This document shows, one piece after another, positions 44,377 through 53,550 of a DNA stretch of 58,676 bases. Source of the DNA: Mycobacteriales bacterium (GTDB taxonomy: Bacteria > Actinomycetota > Actinomycetes > Mycobacteriales > SCTD01). Under the pieces are notes generated by a model, which searched no databases, was not told where the DNA came from, and saw nothing but the letters and a program-made list of their open reading frames with translations. The position numbers were made by a program, and so were the translations under genes. Every line of letters starts with the position of its first letter. Within the stretch, counting starts at the first letter, position 1. The stretch covers positions 1 through 58,676 of the forward strand of contig JBBSTI010000002.1 of assembly GCA_038236005.1 (NCBI GenBank), written 5' to 3'.

Positions 44377-46314
44377 TCAGGCAGGTGCCCCCGGGGTCGG
44401 TCGCCCTGGGTCACGAGCTGGCTCCTCCGTCGGGTCGAAGGTGGGCTCGACGCGGTTGCGGCCACCCTTCTTCGCTGCGTAGAGATGGTGGTCGGCCCGG
44501 CGGAGCAGCTCGGCCCGGTCCGGTGGCGGGGGGTGCGTCCCGACGGTGCTGGCCAGGCCGATGCTCGCGGTCAACGGGACGGTCGGTGCGAGCGGGGACC
44601 AGTCGTAGGCGTGGATCTGCTGGCGCAGACCTTCGGCGACCTCGCGCGCCGCAGCCAGGTCCAGAGCTGGCAGCACCAGGAGGAACTCCTCGCCTCCGAG
44701 GCGCGCCGCATAGGCATCCGGGACCGTCCCCGTTGCGTCTTTGAGCATGCTTGCGACATGGGTGAGGACGATGTCGCCGGTTTCGTGGGAGCAGGTGTCG
44801 TTGACGCGCTTGAAGTGATCGAGATCGACGAGGGCGACCGAGAGCGGCTGCGTAGGTGTGGTGTGCACCGCGAGACGTCGCTCGAGGTCCTCGTCCACGT
44901 GACGGCGGTTGAACAGTCCGGTCAGGGGGTCCAGGTAGGACATCTCCCGATAGCGGGTGCTCGTGCGTCTGGCCTCGTCAGCCTCGAACATGGCGTGCAG
45001 GGTCTGCGCCCGTGCCTCGCCGGCGTCCGAGCGCAGGCGCAGGGTCTCGTCGTGGAAGGCGCGGTGGAGGTCATAGGCGCCGGCCAGGTCGCCAAGGGCT
45101 GCGAGCAGCTCGGCGCGCTCGCCCATCGCCTCTACGGCCAGCACGTGGATCGCGTGAGCACCGGTCAGACGGTCGGCAGCGTCCAGGCTCCGGCTGGCCG
45201 CCTCGAGGTTGCCGATCGCCCGTTCGATCTGCGCCAGGGTGAGCCAGCAGCCGGAGGCGACGATCGGGGCGTGCCGGCGGTCCTCGTCCAGGCTCTTGCG
45301 CAGCATCGCCGCCGCCTCTGCCGACCGGCCGAGGGCATGGAGCACCTCGGCGGCGGTCTCGGAGGTGCTCAGGTCCAGCGGCACACCGCGATGCCGGGCG
45401 ATCGCCTGCAGCTGCTGCACCAGCTCCATGGAAGCGTCGAGCTCGCCGGCGAGCAGCTCGGCATAGGCCCAGTTGTTGAGCACCAGCACGGAGAGCCACG
45501 GGGTGTCCACGGACCTGGCGTGCGCCAGTGCGTCGCGGAAGCGAGGGCGCGCGTCGTCGAACGACCCACACTCGACGAGCGCATCGGCCAGCGCCAGCCT
45601 CACACGGCACCGCAGCGGCGCGTCGAGGTCGTCGCCGTCCAGGGCCAAGGCGGCAAGAGCGTGCTCGAGGGCCACCGACGGGTCGCCGACCTTGCGGGAC
45701 AGCCAGCTCAGCGATCGCCACGCACCGACCTGGACGGCACGGTGCCCGCGGGCGGCAGCCCGGTCGCGGATCTTCACCAGGACCCGCGCGGCCTCGCCGG
45801 GGCCGTGGTCACGGACGAGCTCGTCGACCCCGAGCAGCGTGAGCCGTGAGCGCTGGACCCAGGAGCCGGCTGTGTCGGGCAGCCTGCGAAGGAGGCCGCG
45901 CAGCACGGTCGGGGCACCGTCGCGACCCTCGTACGATGTCTCGAGGTCCAGGAGCAGGCGGGCGAGATCCTCGTCTCCGCTCGCTGCCCCGGATGTCTCC
46001 CCCTCGTCGAAGAGCGCGTTGACGGCGACCGTCGCTACCTCCGTCGGCGACTCGAGCGTCTCGACGTCCGGCCCGGTGATGGTCGGCTGGACACGGTTGC
46101 GGCCGCCGTCCTTGGCGGCGTACAGGTGGTGGTCGGCTTCTCGGAGCAGGTCGGTGCGGTCGCGCGGAGGGCCTGTGGTCGGCGCGACGGCCAGCCCGAT
46201 GCTGGCGGTCACCGGGACGTCACGGGCGAGGTCGGACCAGTCCAGGCCGGCGATCTGACGCCGGAGGCTCTCGGCGATCCTGTGTGCTGCGGACAGGTCG
46301 AGGCAGGGCAGCAC
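44377..46314 (-). CDS. Open frame holding the 3' part of GGDEF domain 1 and then a complete second TPR-like + GGDEF (GGEEF) module
   Basis: The N-terminal 80 aa of this ORF is the end of a GGDEF domain (ASIGLA..HHLYAAKDGGRNRV). Then come helical repeats and a second domain with LVDLDHFKRVND and RLGGEEF. Confidence 0.75.
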   Translation of the reverse strand: MLPCLDLSAAHRIAESLRRQIAGLDWSDLARDVPVTASIGLAVAPTTGPPRDRTDLLREADHHLYAAKDGGRNRVQPTITGPDVETLESPTEVATVAVNALFDEGETSGAASGDEDLARLLLDLETSYEGRDGAPTVLRGLLRRLPDTAGSWVQRSRLTLLGVDELVRDHGPGEAARVLVKIRDRAAARGHRAVQVGAWRSLSWLSRKVGDPSVALEHALAALALDGDDLDAPLRCRVRLALADALVECGSFDDARPRFRDALAHARSVDTPWLSVLVLNNWAYAELLAGELDASMELVQQLQAIARHRGVPLDLSTSETAAEVLHALGRSAEAAAMLRKSLDEDRRHAPIVASGCWLTLAQIERAIGNLEAASRSLDAADRLTGAHAIHVLAVEAMGERAELLAALGDLAGAYDLHRAFHDETLRLRSDAGEARAQTLHAMFEADEARRTSTRYREMSYLDPLTGLFNRRHVDEDLERRLAVHTTPTQPLSVALVDLDHFKRVNDTCSHETGDIVLTHVASMLKDATGTVPDAYAARLGGEEFLLVLPALDLAAAREVAEGLRQQIHAYDWSPLAPTVPLTASIGLASTVGTHPPPPDRAELLRRADHHLYAAKKGGRNRVEPTFDPTEEPARDPGRPTPGAPA

Positions 46315-47636
46315 GAGGAGGAACTCCTCACCACCGAGCCGGGCGGCGTAGGCGTCGGACGCTCCGGCTGCAGCTCTCGCGAGGAGGCCGGCGATGCGGA
46401 CCAGGACGGCGTCACCGGCCTCGTGGGAGCAGGTGTCGTTGACGCGCTTGAAGTGGTCGAGGTCGACCAGGGCGACGGCGAGGGGGCGCCATCGGCAAGG
46501 CGTCGGTCGAGGTCCTCGTCGACGTAGCGGCGGTTGTAGAGGGTGGTGAGCGGGTCGCGGTGCGACATCTCGCGGTAGCGAGTGCTCTCGCGGCGGGCTT
46601 CGCTGACCTCGTGCACAGCCCGCAGGGTGCGGGCGCGGGTCTCTCTGGCACCGGACCGCAGCTCGAGGGCCTCGCTGTGGAAGCAGCGGTGGAGGGCGTA
46701 CGCGCTGACGTGGTCGCCGCGGGCGGCGCAGAGCTCCGCGTGCAGGCGCACCGCATGGACCCGCAGCGCGGGCAGGTCGTACGTCGTAACGAGCTCGTCC
46801 GCCCTAGCGAGGCTCTCGCCGGCGGCCACGAGCGCGCCGGTCTCGCGCTCGATGTCGGCGAGGATCAGCCAGCAGCCGGCGGCGTCGATGAGGGGGTGCG
46901 GCTGGTCGCCGCTCAGGTGCCTGCGCAGCAGCGCGATCGCCTCGCCGGAGCGCCCACGGGTGTGCAGGATCTCGGCAACGGTGCCGACGTAGACGAGCAG
47001 CACCGGCATGGCGTGCTGGTCAGCGAGCGTCTGCAACCGGTCGGCCAGGCCGGCCGCCGCCTCGAGGTCTGCGGCCCTCAGCTCCGCGTAGGACCAGTTG
47101 TTGAGAACGTGCAGTGTCATCCACGGGACGTTCATGGTCTCCGAGCGATCGAGGGCTTCGCCGTAGTGGCTCCGCGCGTCGTCGTGTCGACCGCTCTCGG
47201 CGAAGGCGTCGGCCATCGCGAGGGGGAGGCGGCACCGCAGCACCGGATCGAGCTCGTCGTGGTCGTGGTGGAGGGCGGCTACCGCGTGCTCCACCGCCGC
47301 GGAAGGGTCGCCGATCTCGCGGAAGAGGACGCTCAGGGCGTGCTCCGCTCGGGCTCGGAGCGCCCGGTGAGCGCCACTCATCGCCTGGTCCCGCACCCTA
47401 CGGATCGTCCGCGCGGCGTCAGCCGGGCTGCGTGCCCGGACGACCTCGTCGATGCTCAGCAGCGTCAGACGGGCGCGCTGCAGCGCGGTGAGAGCATCCG
47501 GTGGCTGACCGAGAAGGTCGTAGGCGGCCGTCGGGGCGCCCGAACGCCAGGCGAGCGACGACTCCAGAGCGTCGATGAGGGCGTCGAGCTGCGACTCGTC
47601 CACACGATCCCCTCCGTCCGCACCCGTCATCAGCAC
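46209..47636 (-). pseudogene. First TPR-like + GGDEF module, frameshifted inside the GGDEF domain
   Basis: The frame is good to ..YNRRYVDEDLDRRLADGAP. It then gives a Ser/Pro/Thr-rich nonsense tail. The domain continues in another frame (PLAVALVDLDHFKRVNDTCSHE..RLGGEEF) after the G5 run at 46482-46486. Confidence 0.7.
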
Positions 47637-47853
47637 GGTCTCACGTGCTCGTCGGGTCCATCGTCACCGGCCGCTGCGATCTTGAAGCGCGCTGCTCAGG
47701 GTGCGTTTTTCCCCGGCGCACCAAGGGTGCTCGGCGTGCAGCGGTCGGGACCGTGCCGTGCCGTGCTCATCACGGTCCGTCGTCATCGACCAGGGGCGCG
47801 TCGAGCGCGAGCGGCCGGTGCTGGAGGTGCGCACCCGACGCGACCCACGGCCC

Positions 47854-47859
47854 TAGGCT
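47854..47859 (+). promoter_or_regulatory. -10-like TAGGCT box 7 nt upstream of the ATG at 47867 (leaderless-type)
   Basis: The sequence reads TAGGCT-gcacgcc-ATG. Confidence 0.35.
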
Positions 47860-47866
47860 GCACGCC

Positions 47867-48832
47867 ATGCTTGCCGTGACGTGTGTCAGCCAGTCCGTCG
47901 ACGACCCGCTCAGCGGTCTGCAGGTGGGGGAGCGACCGGCGCCCGAGGCCCCCGACGGCTGGGTGACGATCGACGTCCGTGCGGCGAGCCTGAACCACCA
48001 CGACCTGTGGTCTTTGAAGGGTGTCGGCCTCGCCGCGGACCGGCTCCCCATGACGCTCGGCTGTGACGCCGCCGGGGTGACGGCCGACGGGCGTGAGGTG
48101 GTCGTGCACGGCCTGGTCGGTGACCCCGCCTGGGACGGTGACGAGACGCTCGACCCGAGGCGCACGATCCTGTCCGAGCTGCACCAGGGCACGCTCGCCG
48201 AGCAGGTCGTCGTGCCCGCGCGCAACCTGGTCGACAAGCCGGCGGACCTGAGCTTCCAGGAGGCCGCCTGCCTCCCGACCGCCTGGCTGACCGCCTACCG
48301 GATGCTCTTCACGCAGAGCGGTCTGCGACCCGGTGACCGGGTGCTCGTCCAGGGCGCAGGCGGTGGTGTCGCGACCGCGGCGATCACGCTCGCCCGGGCC
48401 GCCGGGTTCGACGTGCACGCCACCAGCCGTGACGCGGACAAGCGGGCGAGGGCGCTCCAGATCGGGGCGCACGAGGTCTACGAGAGCGGGGCCCGGCTCC
48501 CGGTCAAGATGGACGCGGTGATCGAGACGGTGGGCAAGGCGACCTGGGCGCACTCGCTGCGGGCGCTGCGTCCCGGCGGCACGCTCGTCGTCTCGGGGGC
48601 GACCAGCGGGGCCGACCCGTCTGCCGACCTCAACCGGGTGTTCTTCCTGCAGCTGCGGGTGGTGGGATCCACGATGGGCACCAAGAGCGAGCTCGCGGGC
48701 CTGCTGCGGTTCTGCGCGGCGACCGGCGTACGGCCGTTGGTCGACAGCGTGCGTCCGCTCGCTTCCGCCCGGGAGGCGTTCGCGCAGCTGGCGACCGGCG
48801 AGGTCTTCGGCAAGCTCGTCCTCACGCCGTGA
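47867..48832 (+). CDS. Zinc-type alcohol dehydrogenase/quinone oxidoreductase family protein
   Basis: MDR fold with the VQGAGGGVATAAI cofactor motif. Confidence 0.8.
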   Translation: MLAVTCVSQSVDDPLSGLQVGERPAPEAPDGWVTIDVRAASLNHHDLWSLKGVGLAADRLPMTLGCDAAGVTADGREVVVHGLVGDPAWDGDETLDPRRTILSELHQGTLAEQVVVPARNLVDKPADLSFQEAACLPTAWLTAYRMLFTQSGLRPGDRVLVQGAGGGVATAAITLARAAGFDVHATSRDADKRARALQIGAHEVYESGARLPVKMDAVIETVGKATWAHSLRALRPGGTLVVSGATSGADPSADLNRVFFLQLRVVGSTMGTKSELAGLLRFCAATGVRPLVDSVRPLASAREAFAQLATGEVFGKLVLTP

Positions 48833-48843
48833 CCCAGCGCTAG

Positions 48844-49635
48844 GTGGTCCTGCCGGTCCGGGACACCAACCCCCGCCGCCGTACGCCGGTCGTGACGTAC
48901 GCCTTGATCGTCGTGAACGTCGTCGTCTTCCTGGTCGGCCCGATCGCGACCCACGTGCTGTCCAGCGGCAGCGCGGCGGCGCAGTGCTCGCAGCTGGCCT
49001 ACCTCCAGGAGTACGCGGCGATCCCCGACGAGCTGATCGGCAACGACCCGGCACGGGTGGTCGCGACCGGACAGGCTGCCCCGGAGGGTTGTGTCGCTGG
49101 CCCGCCGGACTACGACAAACGTCCGTGGCTGTCCGTGCTGACCGCGATGTTCCTGCACGGGGGGTGGTTGCATCTGGCCCGCAACATGCTCTTCCTCTCT
49201 GTCTTCGGCGACAACATCGAAGACCGGCTCGGCCGGGTGCGGTACCTGATCTTCTATCTGGTCTGCGGTTATGCTGCGACGTACGGCTTCGCGCTCGCGG
49301 ATCCCGGCAGCTCTACCCCGCTGGTCGGGGCGTCCGGGGCCATCGCTGGCGTGCTCGGCGGATACCTCGTGCTGTATCCGCGGGCTAAGGTGTGGTCGCT
49401 GCTGACCTTCTTCTTCTTCCTGCCGGTGCGTCTCCCCGCCTGGCTCGTGCTGGCGAGCTGGTTCCTGCTGCAGCTGGCCTACTCGACCGGCGCCGGTCTG
49501 ACCGACGCGGGCGGCGGGGTGGCCTATCTCGCGCACGTCCTGGGCTTCGCGCTCGGTGCCCTGCTGTGTTACCGCCTCCGCGGTACCGGTCGGGACCGGC
49601 GCATCGCGAGGCCCCGCTACGGAAGGTTTGCATGA
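48844..49635 (+). CDS. Rhomboid-family intramembrane serine protease
   Basis: HxxxN (HLARN) and GASGAIAG motifs. Confidence 0.85.
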   Translation: MVLPVRDTNPRRRTPVVTYALIVVNVVVFLVGPIATHVLSSGSAAAQCSQLAYLQEYAAIPDELIGNDPARVVATGQAAPEGCVAGPPDYDKRPWLSVLTAMFLHGGWLHLARNMLFLSVFGDNIEDRLGRVRYLIFYLVCGYAATYGFALADPGSSTPLVGASGAIAGVLGGYLVLYPRAKVWSLLTFFFFLPVRLPAWLVLASWFLLQLAYSTGAGLTDAGGGVAYLAHVLGFALGALLCYRLRGTGRDRRIARPRYGRFA

Positions 49636-51383
49636 CCAGCCCCACTCAGCACGACACGGAACACCCCTCCACCAGCTTCGACGACCTCGGGCTGCGTCCC
49701 GAGCTCGTCGCACAGCTGCACACCCTCGGGTACGAGGAGCCGACGCCGATCCAGGCCGAGGCGATCGTGCCGCTGCTGGACGGCAAGGACCTGATCGGCC
49801 AGGCTGCCACCGGCACCGGCAAGACGGCCGCCTTCGCGCTGCCGGCGCTCCAGCTGCTCGGCGAGGGCCACCGCGGGTCGCGGCCGGTCGCCCTGGTTCT
49901 CGCACCGACGCGAGAGCTGGCCATGCAGGTCAGCGAGGCCACCCACAAGTACGGTCGACCGCTCGGCGCCCGGGTGCTCCCGGTCTACGGCGGCCAGCCG
50001 ATCGGACGTCAGCTGCGCGAGCTGCAGCGCGGCGTCGACATCGTCGTGGCGACCCCCGGTCGAGCGATCGACCACCTGCAGCGCGGCACGCTGCGGCTGG
50101 ACGATCTCAAGATCGTGGTGCTCGACGAGGCCGACGAGATGCTCGACATGGGCTTCGCTGAGGACATCGAGCAGATCTTGTCCGCGGCGCCGAAGGACCG
50201 GCAGACCGTGATGTTCTCGGCCACCATGCCCCGTGCGGTCGAGAAGATCGCCCAGAAGCACCTGCGCGAGCCCGTACGCATCCAGATCGCCCGCGAGAAG
50301 GTGGCGCCGGGCGAGGGACCGCGGGTGCGCCAGAGCGCCTACATCGTGGCGCGGCCGCACAAGCCGGCCGCGCTCGGTCGCGTGCTCGACGTGGAGTCCC
50401 CGGGTGCGGCGATCGTCTTCTGCCGGACGAGGGAGGAGGTCGACACCCTGACCGAGACGCTCAACGGTCGCGGCTACCGCGCCGAGGCGCTGCACGGCGG
50501 CCTCACCCAGGGCGATCGCGACAAGGTGATGAGCCGGCTTCGCAACCAGACTGCCGACCTGCTCGTGGCGACCGACGTCGCGGCCCGCGGGCTCGACGTC
50601 GACCACCTCACGCACGTCGTGAACTACAGCGTCCCCTCGGCCGCCGAGGCCTACGTCCACCGGATCGGCCGGGTCGGTCGCGCCGGCCGCGAGGGCGTCG
50701 CCATCACGCTGGCCGAGCCCCGCGAGCACCGGATGCTCAAGCAGATCGAGCGGCTCACCGGCCAGCGGATCGCGGTCGAGACCTTGCCGACCGTCGCGGA
50801 CCTGCGGGCCCGTCGGATGGAGCTCACCCGCGCCTCGCTGCGCGAGGTGCTGCTGGCCGGCGAGTTCGAGAGCTTCCGCGGCGTCGTCGAGCAGCTGACC
50901 GACGAGTTCGACGTGATGGACGTGGCGCTCGCCGCGGTCCAGATGGCCCACGAGGCCAGCGGCCCGGACACCGACGAGCAGGAGCTGCCGACCGCGCCGC
51001 CGCCGTCCGCACCCTCGAGCCGGCCGGAGCGGGGCCGTCCGGACCGTCAGGACCGCGGCGGTTCCTCCCACGGATCGTCCCACGGTGGGACGTCACAGGG
51101 CGGGCCGTCCCGCCCGGGCCGGACGCGGGCCAGCAACGCCGAGACCACTCGGCTGTTCATCGGCGCCGGTCGGGTCGGCGGCATCCGGCCGCAGGACCTC
51201 GTCGGGGCGATCGCGGGGGAGTCCGAGCTCACCGGCCGCGACATCGGCGCGATCGAGATCGCTGAGCGCTTCTCGCTCGTCGAGGTGCCGTCCGGTCGCG
51301 CGGACGAGGTCATCGAGGCCCTACGCGGCACCCTGGTCAAGGGCCGCAAGGTCACCGTGCGTCGGGAGAAGTTCGAGCGCTGA
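49632..51383 (+). CDS. deaD: DEAD-box RNA helicase with a DbpA-type C-terminal RNA-binding domain
   Basis: AATGTGKT, DEAD, SAT and HRIGRVGRAG motifs. Its ATG overlaps the rhomboid stop (ATGA). Confidence 0.9.
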   Translation: MTSPTQHDTEHPSTSFDDLGLRPELVAQLHTLGYEEPTPIQAEAIVPLLDGKDLIGQAATGTGKTAAFALPALQLLGEGHRGSRPVALVLAPTRELAMQVSEATHKYGRPLGARVLPVYGGQPIGRQLRELQRGVDIVVATPGRAIDHLQRGTLRLDDLKIVVLDEADEMLDMGFAEDIEQILSAAPKDRQTVMFSATMPRAVEKIAQKHLREPVRIQIAREKVAPGEGPRVRQSAYIVARPHKPAALGRVLDVESPGAAIVFCRTREEVDTLTETLNGRGYRAEALHGGLTQGDRDKVMSRLRNQTADLLVATDVAARGLDVDHLTHVVNYSVPSAAEAYVHRIGRVGRAGREGVAITLAEPREHRMLKQIERLTGQRIAVETLPTVADLRARRMELTRASLREVLLAGEFESFRGVVEQLTDEFDVMDVALAAVQMAHEASGPDTDEQELPTAPPPSAPSSRPERGRPDRQDRGGSSHGSSHGGTSQGGPSRPGRTRASNAETTRLFIGAGRVGGIRPQDLVGAIAGESELTGRDIGAIEIAERFSLVEVPSGRADEVIEALRGTLVKGRKVTVRREKFER

Positions 51384-51533
51384 GAGCGGCGGTCTGCAGC
51401 CGGCGGCCGGCAGGAGCGGGCTGAGCCCGGAGTCGAGGCGTGCCGGGACGGCGGCGAGCCAACCGGCCGGGGCGTGCTGACCCCCGAACGACCTGCGAGC
51501 AACCACCGGAAGGGCGCAGCAGAGGCCGTGCGC

Positions 51534-52175
51534 TCAGACCACGCCGTAGAGGCGGTCGCCGGCATCGCCGAGGCCCGGGTAGATGTAGCCCTTGTCGGTC
51601 AGCCGCTCGTCGACCGCCCCGGTGACGACGGTGACCGGGCAGCCGGCGTCGTCAGCGAACGCGGCGTCGACCACGGCCAGACCCTCCGGCGCGGCAAGCA
51701 GGCAGATCGCGGTCACGTTGGTGGCGCCACGGGCGACCATCAGCTCGATCGTGGCGACCAGGGTGCCGCCGGTCGCCAGCATCGGGTCGAGCACGAACAC
51801 CTCGCGGCCGGAAAGGTCCTCCGGAAGTCTGGTCGCGTAGGCGGTCGCCACCAGCGTCCCCTCGTCGCGGACCATCCCGAGAAAGCCCACCTCGGCGGTC
51901 GGCAGCAGCCGGGTCATCCCGTCGAGCATGCCGAGCCCGGCGCGCAGGACCGGGACGACCAGCGGCATCGGTCGGGACAGCCGCACGCCGGTGGTCGGGG
52001 CGACCGGGGTCGTGACGTCGACCGGCTCGGTGCGGATCTCCCGGGTCGCCTCGTAGGCCAGGAGCGTCACCAGCTCGTCGGCGAGCCGCCGGAAGGTCGG
52101 GGAGTCCGTCGTCTCGTCCCGCAGCGTGGTCAGCTTGTGGGCGACGAGCGGGTGGTCGATGACGAGGGTGCGCAC
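51534..52175 (-). CDS. upp: Uracil phosphoribosyltransferase
   Basis: [15 protein letters not shown] motif and a [13 protein letters not shown]-terminus. The GTG at 52175 is preceded by TACCCT plus 7 nt. Confidence 0.9.
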   Translation of the reverse strand: MRTLVIDHPLVAHKLTTLRDETTDSPTFRRLADELVTLLAYEATREIRTEPVDVTTPVAPTTGVRLSRPMPLVVPVLRAGLGMLDGMTRLLPTAEVGFLGMVRDEGTLVATAYATRLPEDLSGREVFVLDPMLATGGTLVATIELMVARGATNVTAICLLAAPEGLAVVDAAFADDAGCPVTVVTGAVDERLTDKGYIYPGLGDAGDRLYGVV

Positions 52176-52182
52176 ACCGGCG

Positions 52183-52188
52183 AGGGTA
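52183..52188 (-). promoter_or_regulatory. -10-like TACCCT box 7 nt upstream of the upp GTG (leaderless-type)
   Basis: The minus strand reads TACCCT-cgccggt-GTG. Confidence 0.35.
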
Positions 52189-52243
52189 TCGTCCTCGGTC
52201 ACCGGGCCCCTCGATCGACCGACTCCTCGCTGCGGGCCTCGGG

Positions 52244-52537
52244 TCAGCGGCGGCGCGCGCGGTCGAGCAGCAGCTGGACGACCGGCTCTAACGGTTCGGG
52301 CAGCTCCCGCTCCCCGCAGGTCAGCTCGTAGCGGGTCTCCATGGTCTCGAGCACGAGCTGGTAGGTGAAGCGGTCTGCCTCGCTCGACCCGACGGAGACG
52401 GCGAGCGCGGGCACGTCGACCCCGGTGAGCAGCCCGGAGACCTGCGCCAGCTCGGGGTCGCCGTGCTCGACCTGGGTGGACAGCGTCAGCCCCGCGAACC
52501 CGCCGGTGCGACGGAACTCCAGCCGTTCCAGCCTCAT
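52244..52537 (-). CDS. Emfourin-like protealysin (M4 protease) inhibitor
   Basis: 97 aa starting [17 protein letters not shown].. with DRFTYQL. Its ATG overlaps the protease stop (ATGA). Confidence 0.6.
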   Translation of the reverse strand: MRLERLEFRRTGGFAGLTLSTQVEHGDPELAQVSGLLTGVDVPALAVSVGSSEADRFTYQLVLETMETRYELTCGERELPEPLEPVVQLLLDRARRR

Positions 52538-53550
52538 GCCCTGACGCCGACCTGCGCCCAGGCGTCGGCGACCGCCTGGTGCGTGCCGTAGACCCGGGCC
52601 GAGCGCACGGTCGCCCGTGCGAACGCGCTGAACCGGGTCGTCGGACGCAGCTGTGCGTCCCGGATCGTGTCGTACCAGACCTGCCCCGCTCCCTCCCACG
52701 CGTTGCCGCCGATCGCGGTGGCCGCCAGGTAGAACGCGCGGTTCGGGATCCCGGAGTTGAGGTGCACGCCACCGTTGTCGCGGGTCGTCTCGACGTAGTC
52801 GTCCATCGCTGCCGGCTGCGGGTCCTTGCCGAGCACCGGGTCGTCGTACGCCGTGCCGGGCGCCTTCATCGACCGCAGCGCGACCCCCTGGACGGTCTCG
52901 GTGAACAGCCCCTCGCCGATCAGCCAGTCAGCCTCGGACGCGCTCTGCGCGAGCGCGTGCTGCTTCACCAGCGCACCGAACACGTCCGAGACCGACTCGT
53001 TCAGCGCCCCGCTCTGACCGGAGTAGACCAGCCCGACCTCGTCCTGCGTCATGCCGTGCGCCAGCTCGTGCCCGATCACGTCGACCGCGACGGTGAAGCG
53101 CCGGAACAGCGAGGCGTCGCCGTCGCCGAAGACCATCTGGGCGCCGTCCCAGAACGCGTTGTCGTAGTCCTGCCCGTAATGGACCGTCGCGATCAGCGGC
53201 AGCCCTTCGTCGTCGATGCTGCTGCGACCGTAAGCCTCGCGCAGCAGCGTCCAGGTCGCGCCGAGACCGTCGTAGGCCTCGTCGACGGCCGGGTCGCCGG
53301 TCGCGGCGGCGCCTTCGGCCCGGACCAGCGTGCCGGGCTGGGTCTCGGTCCCGGCGGCCGTGTGGATGCTGCGCTGCAGAACGTCGCTGCGCGGCAGGAG
53401 CGTCGCGCGCGCGGGCGGGGTCTGCAGGCGCACGGTGCGCATCGAGGCGTCCAGCAACAGCGTCGAGAGCGCGCTGTCGGCCGCCGTCGGGTCGGCGTGC
53501 CGGACGACCCGGGCCAGCAGCTCGGGCGGCAGGAAGCAGGAGAGCGTCAT
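52534..53550 (-). CDS. Protealysin-like M4 (thermolysin-family) metallopeptidase without a signal peptide
   Basis: HELAHG zinc motif with the downstream GALNES glutamate. The short propeptide carries a PPL-type motif (FLPPELL). Confidence 0.85.
   Translation of the reverse strand: MTLSCFLPPELLARVVRHADPTAADSALSTLLLDASMRTVRLQTPPARATLLPRSDVLQRSIHTAAGTETQPGTLVRAEGAAATGDPAVDEAYDGLGATWTLLREAYGRSSIDDEGLPLIATVHYGQDYDNAFWDGAQMVFGDGDASLFRRFTVAVDVIGHELAHGMTQDEVGLVYSGQSGALNESVSDVFGALVKQHALAQSASEADWLIGEGLFTETVQGVALRSMKAPGTAYDDPVLGKDPQPAAMDDYVETTRDNGGVHLNSGIPNRAFYLAATAIGGNAWEGAGQVWYDTIRDAQLRPTTRFSAFARATVRSARVYGTHQAVADAWAQVGVRA

Noticed and set aside
47690-47715. Hairpin followed by a T5 run (ggtgcgtttttcc), considered as an intrinsic terminator
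   Set aside because: No plus-strand gene ends upstream of it. It lies in the 5' region of the minus-strand GGDEF gene, and the stem is only 6 bp.
49617-51083. 488-aa minus-strand ORF antisense to the DEAD-box helicase
   Set aside because: It is a shadow ORF. The plus strand has all the DEAD-box motifs.
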